Origin: Octopus vulgaris
Lineage: Eukaryota
DNA: 64,000 bases
Direction: 5' to 3'
Assembly: GCA_951406725.2 (NCBI GenBank)
Contig: OX597816.1
Location: 91,636,001 to 91,700,000 of the forward strand
Both the position numbers and the translations under genes were made by a program. Positions 38,721 to 49,277 of the stretch are shown here, piece by piece; within the stretch, counting starts at the first letter, position 1, and each line of letters begins with the position of its first letter. Under the pieces are notes generated by a model. It saw only the letters and a list, made by a program, of their open reading frames with translations, did no database searches and was not told the origin of the DNA.

Positions 38721-40332
38721 GGGGGGGGGGATATGAAATAGATTGAATAAAATATCAGATAGCTGCAATACTTTTGCTTCAATCATTTGAAGAAATATTC
38801 AATGTAGCTAACTTAATATTGAACAGTCATGTAAAAGACATTACTAAACGATGTAAAGTAATTTTATTATACTGTCACAACAATCTCTCTCTTAAGAACT
38901 CATGTGCCTTTAATGGAATTCACAGATGTAAACATTCAGTTCCTTCCTCAATGTTTTTCCTGCATTGTTTGGGTATCAGCCATATCTAACTAATCTGAGG
39001 GCCTGCAAAGATAATCATCACTAATGCTCTAAGTTATTTAAAAAAGAAAGCACCTGCAAAAACTGCTCTATTTCTCACCTCTAGTTGCCACTCATATGTG
39101 AATCTATCAAAATCCAAATACTTTGTCATTACTAAATCATTTTTCTCATGAACTCATATAGTCGACTTCTGAAATATCCTTTCATACTGCTGTAAGTAAA
39201 ATTTAAATGCGATTCACCAGTGTTAAAATGCAACAATATTTGAGGATTACAGATCTTATGTAAAAAGCCAAATATTCGTGAAGATAAAAATAGTTTTGAT
39301 ACTTCGAGCAACATACCTAAATTGAGAGTAACATGGAAATATGCAAATGAATTATCAATATCCAAAACCCAACCTAGTTAATACCTCAACATCGACTTGC
39401 ATTAAGACCTAAACATTCTAATGCCATGTGTTTTCATATTTTTGACTTCGGAAGACTGACCAGGTAATCCCATCAAGTGCTTTTTACGCTCACAGTTGGG
39501 CAATATGGTGATGCTCTGAAGTCAACCATTTTCACAATTTTTTTTTTCCTATTACGTTACTAAACACAGACTACTTTTTAAAACTTTATTCAGTAAGAGT
39601 AAATTTCCCATTTTACTACGCAAACATGAACTAAACGACACTACAAATTAAAACATTAAGCAAATTCTTCAGGCGCATTCTACAAATTTTGTTTTTATTA
39701 ACACCACCCATACAATTAGGAAATATGACTAAACTATTAAAAAGGCTAAACTGATTATGTAGAGTAATGTACCTTGCCGGAAAGACACACCTTGTTAATA
39801 CTTCAATATAGTGTAAGTGAGAAAATGGGACTGACAACAATTCTGAAACATAACTACAATATTAGACAATTTTTCTAAACAATACGAAAGAATATATGGT
39901 TTCACTTATCTCTTTAAAAATTTGACAAACTCAAAAGATTATTTCCGGTAATAGGCACAAAAATTCAAGAAATATTAAAAAACAAAAAAAAGTGAGAGGA
40001 AATAGTTTATTAAAAAAATATATAACGGGAGTGCTCATTGATTTTTTTCAGCATCAGTAATAGCTTGCCTTGGTAACGAGAACCATGCATATATTAAATA
40101 AACGGTTTAATTTCATTCACTATGTAGAAGAGAATAAAGAAATTCTTTTTTTCTTTACTCCTTTTTCCTACGTAGTACGGGAAATGGAGTCACAAAAATG
40201 TGTACGAAATTGTTAACTACATAAAGCTTTAAATATTACATATATAATACAAAATATACATATATTCATATATATATATACATATATACACACGAATATT
40301 CATATATATATATACACATAATACACAGACAC

Positions 40333-40369
<37 letters not shown>

Positions 40370-41955
40370 TTATTACACACACACACATACGTGTGTGTGT
40401 GTGTATAATCGTTTTAATTCTGTAAGCATATCTGTGTTAATTTATTTTTTATTTGATTAACTTTTCCTAACCAGAATTGAAAATAAACATTACTAATTCC
40501 AAATTTTTACCAATTAATATAGATAATCGGCTACCACATACACATCAGTACACAAACGAATTCTGTAATATTTATTAACTGACGGCTTCATATCAAACTA
40601 TTCCTGTCAGATTGAAAAACAAGGGCTAGCTGGTCTAAGCATTTGTGTATATTTTCGAAAGAACATGACATTTAACAAGCTAAAAATTATTTTACAAAAA
40701 TTTCATGTATATGTATTATGGGTGTTTTGAAAGATTTCGAATAAAAGGCAATATAATTTCATTTAGGTAGTAAAGAAAAATGAAAAACCGATGAAATCCA
40801 ATACAACATCAAATGAAAGGAAGGGAGATAACCAACATATCGGCCGGACAAGCTAATGAGAGACGGTAGAAGTGTTCAACGTGCTAGGTAGGGCACCTTA
40901 AACTATGACTAACCGATCAAATTACAGCAATACAACAAATGTGAACAATTACGAAGAACATTTCCAACAAGCATGAGTTAATGACGTGAAGAGTTACTAA
41001 TGATCACTTTGAGAAAAGTCGACGGGTAAATGGAGACGAAAGGTAGTAGCGGGTCAGCAATTAAAGACTTTGTGGAACAATAATGCAGTGAAAAATAAAT
41101 GCAACACACACAGATAGCAAGAAATGGGTTTTATTAAAAATTCGGGAAGTACATACTAATGTGGGAAGTTAGTAGAATTGTAAGATTAAAAGCTGTTCAA
41201 CCATTTTGATGAGTAGTTTTAGTGTATCGAGACACTTCCGGTAGCAGCCACCACCCACCGTACATCTATTAAGTCTGGCTGGCTGATATCTGTTATATAG
41301 ACACTATCTCTTGAGCCGTTTGAAAACTAGACAAACAAGAGTGTTACAACTATAAACTATTATGAGCAATTAAAACTAATCAATGAAATTATATATTGTA
41401 AATTTACAGACATTTTTTGAATACATATAACGTATAACAGCGATACTATTTTAGTAAATTATAGAATATCATAATTATAGATAAGAAAGCTAAAAAGACT
41501 AAAATGTCATTTGGGATGGGGTTCCTAGCCTTTTTTTTTTATGATGTTATTTCAAATTGTCAACCAGACTTTTTAAATAAAAGGGTAAAGCAAAAAGAAT
41601 GAGTTCAGTTATGGAGTAAATGTGCCGACATGAGTGTAAGAAGAAACAAAAATATTTCAGAATGGGATGGGAGTAAAAAATGGTAACAAAAAGTCAAGTA
41701 AATTTATGACTGTTAAAATACATATATTTTATATATATATATGTATATATCATGATTCACTAAACAGGGCACGAACTCTTATGAATATTCGCAACTAATA
41801 ATAGCAAAATAAAATAAATCAGTTGAGCACTAAATATCGAAAGCTGACTAATTTGATCAGAATTCCCCAACTTTAAAATACGATAAAAATTAAAACAACA
41901 AAAAAAAAAAACAGGTATTTGCGGGTTCTGACAAATATAAAAATTAACAGACACA

Positions 41956-42000
<45 letters not shown>

Positions 42001-42443
42001 CCAGCATTAACTCTTTGGAAGAGGGGTGGGTTACGATTAAATATAAGCACTAGAAACGGTAGAATTATTTTTTTTTCGGTTTTATAAGAATAATTTCCGA
42101 GCTGTAAACTGGGATAATTATAAAGGGAGAGTTGAACGGCAGGAAAGGAATTATTTGTGTCACAAGACGTTTCGCTGTCCAAGAAAGTGATAAGTAGATG
42201 GATTCTTTCAATAAATATCTTAAACCTAAATAGGGTCCCTTAACTCTGTGACAATATGGATGACAAATAGGGTAATAAATAAAATATTAAAAAACAAAAT
42301 AGAAAGCAAAAAAAAAAGTGCATTGAGAAGATAAGGGATTCTGAAGAGAATGACACATTTCGATAGACCGAGGTAGAAAAAATAAAACGAGAGATACACG
42401 AGAAATGGAGAAAGTTACTAAATGAAACTAAAAAGATACTTAC

Positions 42444-42625
42444 CTTTTGTTTACAGTAGTATAATGTAATGGTTAACGAACACCCTTCTCTCGTTGCTGT
42501 CACCCTACCCCAGACGAAGTAAGCCCACTGTGATGACGTAAGACGCCACCGAATCGTTACTATATTTGGAATTATTTCCCGTGACGCTCTGCTGCTGGTC
42601 CGTATAAAATATGGACTCGACACTT
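42444..42625 (-). other. Probable non-coding first (5' UTR) exon of an unidentified minus-strand gene
   Basis: Consensus donor AAG|GTAAGT (ACTTAC at 42438-42443 on +), a GC/CpG-rich exon body without ATG, and T-rich intron-like sequence downstream on the minus strand. The start is approximate. Confidence 0.55.
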
Positions 42626-42938
42626 TACACGAACCGTTTCGTTAAAGAGAAAAAGTGGTGAAGCGAAGAAAAAAGTTACTTCGTTAATTTTTATCTTATT
42701 TTTATTTTTATTTTTCAGGAGAAATTATTTCCATCGCTAACATTCAGTTATCCTAGTTTTTAACACATAAAACATTTCATTTCTTTAGTCTTGATAAAAT
42801 GTGTAACGATTGTATAGTTAAAATTTAAACAATAAATATGTATAATTTACAACTCCACAGTTAGCATTTCAAACAAGCACTTTATAGCCGTTAAAAGAAA
42901 AATATAACAAACCAACGTTAATAATTAAACTTAAGTGG

Positions 42939-42991
42939 ACGCGCGCGCGCGTACACATATATGTGTGCGCGCGTGCACGCACGTGCGCATG
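42939..42991. repeat. 53-bp alternating purine-pyrimidine tract including (CG)6
   Basis: ACGCGCGCGCGCGTACACATATATGTGTGCGCGCGTGCACGCACGTGCGCATG alternates without interruption. Confidence 0.9.
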
Positions 42992-44889
42992 AGGATAAAA
43001 AATTACAATATTATGCTCGAAAGCAAAATTAAAATGGGAATATACTAAAAATGGGAATTACAAATAAGTAATAAAAGAAATGTAAAATTTTATTTTTGAA
43101 AAGTTATATTCATTTAAAAACTAAATTCCTACACAGGCACAAGAGCACAAATTTATATGGGACAGTAGTTGACAGTACTGTATGTTTACAGGTACTTGTT
43201 TAATTGAGCCAGGGGAGAAAGTAAGATCTAATCAATTTGCAGCAGGTTTTGAACACAGAAAGTTAGACAATTACTGAATGCCATGAACAGAAGTAGGTTG
43301 CTCTAAGTAGTTCCTAGGTAATGATGCTACTATAAAACTTTATCATCCTCATCATCAGTTAATGAGCGCTTTCAGTGGACAGTTTAACAAGCCCTGATGA
43401 GCCGGTGTCAGTTCTAGCATGGTTTCTATATCAGGATGTCCTTCCTAATTCTGACCCCTTTACAGCTTGTAGTAGGTATTTTTGTAATACCACCTCTTGT
43501 GATGTCACCAAATAAATTGTAAGACAGAAAGGAATGGAAATAGGAAAAAGGAAAATGCTTTTGAAGTGGGAGCATTCAGGCAAGGGAGGCTGTTTTATGG
43601 CAGATGTTGAACTGCTAAAGTATAGTAGATGGGCAAGCACAACTGTCTTGCTACAGAGGAGATACATGGCTACATATATATATATATATATATATATCAT
43701 CAGCAGCAGCCACACTGCCAGAAGGGAAGCTAGGAGGCAGGTGTATTTAGCCAGAGGGGAAGCAGATAAGAAAAAATTTGCCAATGTTCTGTGCCGTGAG
43801 GATGAAAGACTTGAGGTATTTCATGTTGCAAGACAGTGTGTGAGAGAGAATCGTAACGTGGTAGGAGAGAAATGTGTTCTCAAGGATGACGGTTCACTTG
43901 CGCTAAATGCAAGGAGAGAGGTTTGGAGACGCCACTATGAAAGGTTGCTGAATGAGGAAAATGAATGGGATAAAGAGAGTCTGCCGAAAGTCGACCCAAC
44001 GGAGGGACCAGCAATCCGAGTTGACAGTTCCTTAGTAGTTAAGGCAATTACAAGCATGAAAACAGGGAAAGCCCCAGGCCCATCAGGAATTACTGCAGAG
44101 ATGCTCAAAATATCTGGTAGTGTCGGCTATAGCCTAGTCACCCGTATAGTTAACCAGGTGATACACGAAGGAGTCATTCCCAATGACTGGTGTAGCAGCA
44201 TAATAGTCAACTGCTACAAAGGTAAAGGTAATGCCCTAGATACAAATAACTACAGGGGTATCAAGCTGCTGGATCAGGTAATGAAGGTTACGGAGAGGGT
44301 TATAGCCCAACTAATTAGAGAGAGAGTTAGCTTAGATGAGATGCAGTTTGGGTTCGTGCCAGGGAAAAGTACTACTGATCCTATATTCCTGGTAAGACAG
44401 CTGCAGGAGAAATACCTAGCCAAAGATAAGCCCCTGTACCTGGCTTTTGTTGACATGGAGAAAGCCTTCAACAGGGTCCCCCGATCCCTTATCTGGTGGT
44501 CAATGAGGAAACTAGGGATAGATGAATGGTTAGTGAGAGCTGTGCGAGCCATGTACAGAGATGCTGCTAGTAAGGTGAGAGTTGGCAACAAGTACAGTGA
44601 AGAATTCCGGGTAGAGGTTGGGGTCCACCAAGGTTCAGTCCTCAGTCCCCTCCTATTTATCATAGTCCTCCAGGCAATAACGGAGGAATTCAAGACAGGA
44701 TACCCCTGGGAGCTCCTCTATGCTGATGACCTTGCTCTAATTGCTGAGTCACTATCAGAACTGGAGGAGAAGTTTCAGGTGTGGAAGCAAGGATTAGAAT
44801 CAAAGGGCCTTAGAATCAACCTAGCCAAAACCAAAGTCCTAATAAGTAGGAAGGTAGACCAATCACAAACGCCTTCAGGTAGATGGCCC

Positions 44890-45021
44890 TGCTCGATCTG
44901 TAGAAAAGGTGTAGGTAGAAAATCTATAAGATGCACCAAGTGTAAGCTATGGACACATAAGAGGTGCAGCAATGTCAAAGGAAGGCTAACTAGGAAAATA
45001 GTTTTTGTTTGTGGCAGATGC
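44890..45021 (+). other. PHD-type (C4HC3) zinc finger inserted in the RTE reverse transcriptase
   Basis: CSIC-x10-CTKC-x4-H-x2-C-x14-CGRC, located between the NLAKTKVL and LEVVDSFRYLG motifs. Confidence 0.85.
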
Positions 45022-45885
45022 TCAGGAGCAATAAACACTGAAAATGTGCAGAGACCAACTTCTACCACATTCCAGAGAGAAAAACTAGAAGTAGTTGATA
45101 GCTTCCGCTACCTAGGTGACCAAGTCAGTAGCGGGGGTGGATGTGCTGAAAGTGTAACTGCTAGAGTAAGAATAGCCTGAACAAAGTTCAGAGAGCTCTT
45201 ACCTCTGCTGGTGACAAAAGGCCTCTCACTCAGAGTAAAAGGCAGACTGTATGATGCATGTGTATGAACAGCCATGCTACATGGTAGTGAAACATGGGCT
45301 GTGACTGCTGAGGATATGCGTAAGCTCGCAAGAAATGAAGCCAGTATGCTCCGATAGATGTGTAATGTCAGTGTTCATACTCGGCAGAGTGTAAGTACCT
45401 TGAGAGAAAAGTTGGACCTAAGAAGCATCAGTTGTGGTGTGCAAGAGAGACGTTTGTGCTGGTATGGTCATGTGACGAGAATGGCTGAAGATAGTTGTGT
45501 GCAAAAGTGCCACACCTTAGCGGTTGAGGGAACCTGTGGAAGAGGTAGACCCAGGAAAACCTGGGACGAGGTGGTGAAGCACGACCTTCAAACTTTAGGT
45601 CTCACCAAGGAAATGACTAGAGACTGAGACCTATGGAAGTATGCTGTGCGTGAGAAGACCTGGCAAGACTAGTGAGACCATAACCCGTGGCCTCTACCTG
45701 GTATGTAGCCAGTTGACTTATACATACCTTTCCTTCTTGGGACACAAAACTCCACTTGTGAAGACCCGTTGAGGCAAGTGAAAATCAAAATCAAAATCAA
45801 ATCAAATCAAATCAAATCAGATATCAGAAAGCAGAACCCAAATCGAAGTCGATCAACATCAATGGAAATTGCAGCTGTGATACCA

Positions 45886-46165
45886 GTGCTGGTGACAAGT
45901 AAGCGAACCATCCGATCGTGGCCGGTGCCAGCGCTGCCCCGACTGGCCTCCGTGCCGGCGGCACGTAAAAAGCACCTTCCATTCGTGGCCATAACCAGCC
46001 TCGCCTGGCCCCTGTGCCGGTGGCACGTAAAATGCACCATCCGATCGTGGCCGTTGCCAGCCTCGCCTGGCCCCCGTGCCGGTGGCATGTAAAAAGCACC
46101 ATCCATCCGTGGCCGTTTGCCAGCCCCTTCTGGCACCTGTGCAGGTGGCACGGAAAAAGCACTCA
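45886..46165 (+). repeat. ~62-bp tandem repeats in the RTE 3' UTR (about 4.5 units)
   Basis: Unit approximately GTGCCGGTGGCACGTAAAAAGCACCATCCGATCGTGGCCGTTGCCAGCCTCGCCTGGCCCC. Confidence 0.9.
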
Positions 46166-46355
46166 CTACACTCATGGAGTGGTTGGTGTTAGGAAGGGCA
46201 TCCAGCCGTAGAAACACTGCCAGATCAGACTGGGCCTGATGCAGCCTTCTGGCTTCCCAGACCCCAGTTAAACCGTCCAACCCATGCTAGCATGGAAAGC
46301 GGACGCTAAATGATGATGATGATGATGATGATATATATATATATATATTATTATA

Positions 46356-46490
46356 TGTAGAAAAATACAAACTGGGACAAGAACGTAAAACATTTAGAAG
46401 ACGATACAAAAAACACGGATGGGACATTCAAAGCCTTCAATCTTCAGTCAAGAACCGGACCATCCTCGCAATTTCGGCTGATTAATCTTA
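46356..46490 (-). mobile_element. Short CpG-retaining insertion within (TA)n, possibly a Penelope-like terminal fragment
   Basis: Bounded by (TA)n on both sides. The minus strand contains CAGCCGAAATTGCG and CTGAAGA. Confidence 0.35.
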
Positions 46491-47147
46491 TATATATATA
46501 TATATATATACTTGGATGTGGGAACATAGTCACAAATGAATATGTAGTATGCAGAAACATATGTTGCAATGCATTAATAAAGTTTAAAAATATCAGTTTT
46601 GTTATTACTATATTTATTCTAAGCAGAAAGGAGGTCCACATATATAAACATCCCATAAAAGACAGTAGCTAATAACAAGAAGCATAGGATCTTTTACAAG
46701 TACATCCAGAGGTATTTTCCCTAAACTAATGAAAAGGATGCTCCCTAACCCCCTTTATAATTTTAAATATCGTTATATATATTTGATATCTGTACTTCAA
46801 CACTAACCTTCAACTCAATTTAACTCACGCACGGAGCTTAGTTGCTACTATTTCTTTTAAGAAAACTAAATTTATTTGATTTTGCAGATATATACTTTAA
46901 TATCTTTAATATCCACGCAACAGGAATATGAACACTGTGGAATCTAATATACATATAACAGGGTTCATATTTTGTGGAATGAACCTTACCCGGATTTGTA
47001 ATTTGGACTGCATGTTCTGGATACCTGGATTTAGCCTTTGCGTGTTGGCCGATGCGCTAAATACTATATAGATTTTGTTTGAATAATATATTCATATGCA
47101 AATATCTTGTTTGTGCATATGTGCATATATATATATATATATATATA

Positions 47148-47556
47148 TACTCTTTTACTCTTTTTCTTGTTTCAGTCATTTGACTGCGGCCATGCTGGAA
47201 CACCGCCTTTAATCGAGCAACTCGACCCCGGGACTTATTCTTTGTAAGCCCAGTACTTATTCTATCGGTCTCTTTTGCCGAACCGCTAAGTAACAGGGAC
47301 ATAAACACACCAGCATCGGCTGTCAAGCAATGCTAGGGGGACAAACACAGGCACACAAACACATACACACACACACATATACATATATATACATATATAC
47401 GACAGGCTTCTTTCAGTTTCCGTCTACCAAATCCACTCACAAGGCTTTGGTCGGCCCGAGGCTATAGTAGAAGACACTTGTCCAAGGTGCCATGCAGTGG
47501 GACTGAACCCGGAACCATGTGGTTGGTAAACAAGCTACTTACCACACAGCCACTCC
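47148..47556 (-). mobile_element. Full-length young SINE type B (tRNA head, CORE-like domain, internal CA/TA tract, hairpin tail)
   Basis: Minus strand: GGAGTGGCTGTGTGGTAAG (A box), GGTTCAGTCCC (B box), GGCACCTTGGACAAGTGTCTT (CORE-like), tail CAGTCAAATGACTGAAACAAG. Flanked by (TA)n. Confidence 0.92.
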
Positions 47557-47817
47557 ATATATATATATATATATATATATGTGCAAGTGTGAACTTTTAT
47601 ACTTGGTACCTACTACTGTTGGTCTTGTTAAAAATGGTAATATATTACGTTAGAATGCACTTACTGATATATAAGAAGCATGACAATCCAAAGTAATGTG
47701 ATATTCTGTTCTATGTTGTTCTTCATGGTTTTTGCACATGTGATTAATATGTACGTTTTGCATGTGTGTGTATATGTATGTATATTTGAATATTTTATAT
47801 GTATATCTGTTTATGTG

Positions 47818-47853
<36 letters not shown>

Positions 47854-47854
47854 A

Positions 47855-48060
47855 TGTGACCTCATGTGTACCATTGGCGATTTTTTTCTTCCGTCTTCCC
47901 TTCTCTGGATCTTTCCTTCTCCTATGTTTCCGACAAAGAGCTCCGCTCGAAACGTTAAACCCTCCTTCTTCCCTTCTTTCTTGAGAGTCCAATAATACTA
48001 TATTTGTTCCACGTCTTCGCGTTGTTGTGTTTTTTTTGTGTTTTCTTGTTTGGATTAACT
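47855..48060 (+). mobile_element. ~200-bp element in (TA)n with a degenerate minimal hammerhead motif (47926-47960)
   Basis: GTTT-CCGACAA-A-GAGC-TCC-GCTC-GAAA-CG-TTA-AAC: stem I, core with two mismatches to CUGANGA, stem II and palindromic stem III AACGTT. Confidence 0.6.
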
Positions 48061-48107
48061 ATATATATATGTGTGTATATATATGTATATATATATATAT
48101 ATATATA

Positions 48108-48672
48108 GGTATTTTGAGTAACCGTTTTACAATTTATCTTCTTGTTCATATAGGATAGTATGGGAAGCAGGTTTTTCTTGTATATCAATATTATTATTAT
48201 GTTATTATAACTTTGTAATTATGTATATCCTCTGACGAGGCCTTTGGTTATTTAAACAGATAAATATAATCTTTAATGCCTAAGACTATACTATAATGGC
48301 ATATATGAGCAATTTAAGGTGGATTGCCTCTTAACCATAGGCTGAAACAGCTGTAAGGAGCAGTTTATTTGTATTATTTTTATTGTATTATTAATTTGCA
48401 TATTGATGTATATTGTTTTGTTTGATTTTCATGTTCCTATTTAATATCTGTAAGTTGATGATCGAAATGAATTTGTTCCTCCATTTTCTTATTTGTATTA
48501 TGAATTTACGGTAAAATGTTTTACCTTCACTCATCCAATACAATAAATGAATTAATTGCATTGCAATTATAAGCATTTATGTATTTAGTATTTGGGTGCT
48601 TCACCAGCAGTATATTGGATAACTGATATCCCATAGTGGGTTACCCTCATAACCCCTATCTTACTTTGTACT
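48108..48672 (+). mobile_element. ~560-bp AT-rich non-coding element in (TA)n carrying a hammerhead ribozyme (Penelope pLTR/retrozyme-like)
   Basis: Flanked by (TA)n on both sides and contains the motif at 48228-48359. Confidence 0.6.
48228..48359 (+). ncRNA. Type I hammerhead ribozyme with intact catalytic core
   Basis: Stem I TCCT/AGGA. Core CTGACGA (48232-48238). Stem II GGCCTTTGGTTA/TAACCATAGGCT around an ~80-nt insert. GAAA (48344-48347). Palindromic stem III ACAGCTGT. Cleavage triplet GTA (48353-48355). Confidence 0.75.
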
Positions 48673-48739
48673 ATATATATATATATATATACATATATGT
48701 ACAATGATTGATAGATAGATAGATCGATAGATATACAAT

Positions 48740-49125
48740 GAGCTTCTTTCAGTTTCTATCGACCAAATCTATTCATAAGGCTTTGGTTGGTCTGTGGCTA
48801 TAGTAGAAAACACTGGTCTAAGGTATCACATGGTGAGACTGAATCTAGAAACATATGGTCGGTAAGCAAAATTCTTATTTCTTTACTGCCCACAAGGGGC
48901 TACACACAGAGGGGGCAAACAAGGACAGACAAATAGATTAAGTCAACTGTATCGACCCCAGTGCATAACTGGTACTTATTTAATCGACCCCGAAAGGATG
49001 AAAGGCAAAGTTGACCTCGGCAGAATTTGAACTCAGAATGTAGCAGCAGATGAAATACCGCTAAGCATTTCGCCCGGCGTACTAATGTTTCTGCGAGCTT
49101 GGCAAGCAGACCTCTTGCCATACAT
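48740..49125 (-). mobile_element. SINE type A (48874-49103) nested in the tRNA head of a type B SINE
   Basis: The type B head is interrupted at GGTAAGCAAA and resumes at GGCAAGCAGACCTCTTGCCATAC. The insert is the reverse complement of 30002-30229. Confidence 0.8.
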
Positions 49126-49277
49126 TCCCCACCACCACCACACATACATACATACAGAAGCACACACACACATATGATGCACAGTTTCCCTTTAGAAAAT
49201 TTACGCACAAAGATATTGCTTGGCCCAGGACTAGAGCAGAAGACATTCACCTAAGATACTGCATAGTTCTAATGCAA

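Larger units (their letters stand above)
39400..43020. promoter_or_regulatory. CpG-retaining, TE-free promoter/first-intron domain
   Basis: CpG is visibly more frequent than in the flanks and no SINEs are recognisable. CRE-like TGACGTAA (42534-42541) and TGACGTGA (40982-40989). ETS motif CACTTCCGG (41233-41241). Confidence 0.6.
43715..46330 (+). mobile_element. Young 5'-truncated RTE-clade LINE (RT + PHD finger, 3' UTR repeats, (GAT)n tail) inserted in (TA)n
   Basis: Open frame to 45180 with KGKG..NYRGIKLL, QFGFVPGKSTTD, AFVDMEKAF, GVHQGSVLSPLLF, LLYADDL and FRYLG. Stops at 45178, 45265, 45355 and 45625. Ends CCCATGCTAGCATGGAAAGCGGACGCTAAA(TGA)n. Confidence 0.96.

Noticed and set aside
38880-39015. 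Possible minus-strand internal exon (acceptor-like ATCTTTGCAG, then ATG GCT GAT ACC)
   Set aside because: The frame closes after 11 codons and there is no good donor. It is indistinguishable from chance without RNA data.
42685-42720. Strong + strand acceptor-like polypyrimidine tract ending TTTCAG
   Set aside because: No following ORF or donor. A T-rich nucleosome-excluding promoter tract explains it equally well.
43534-43714. N-terminus of the 548-aa ORF as a real protein start
   Set aside because: It runs through flanking DNA and a (TA)n tract (YIYIYI). RTE homology begins only near 43715.
43715-45670. APOBEC-like G-to-A hypermutation of the young RTE
   Set aside because: Several G>A changes are visible, but many are at CpG and C>T changes also occur. 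Ordinary GC-to-AT decay suffices without a consensus-based count.
45886-46165. CRISPR-like array
   Set aside because: Eukaryotic context, the apparent spacers are homologous to each other, and there are no cas genes. It is a LINE 3' UTR tandem repeat.
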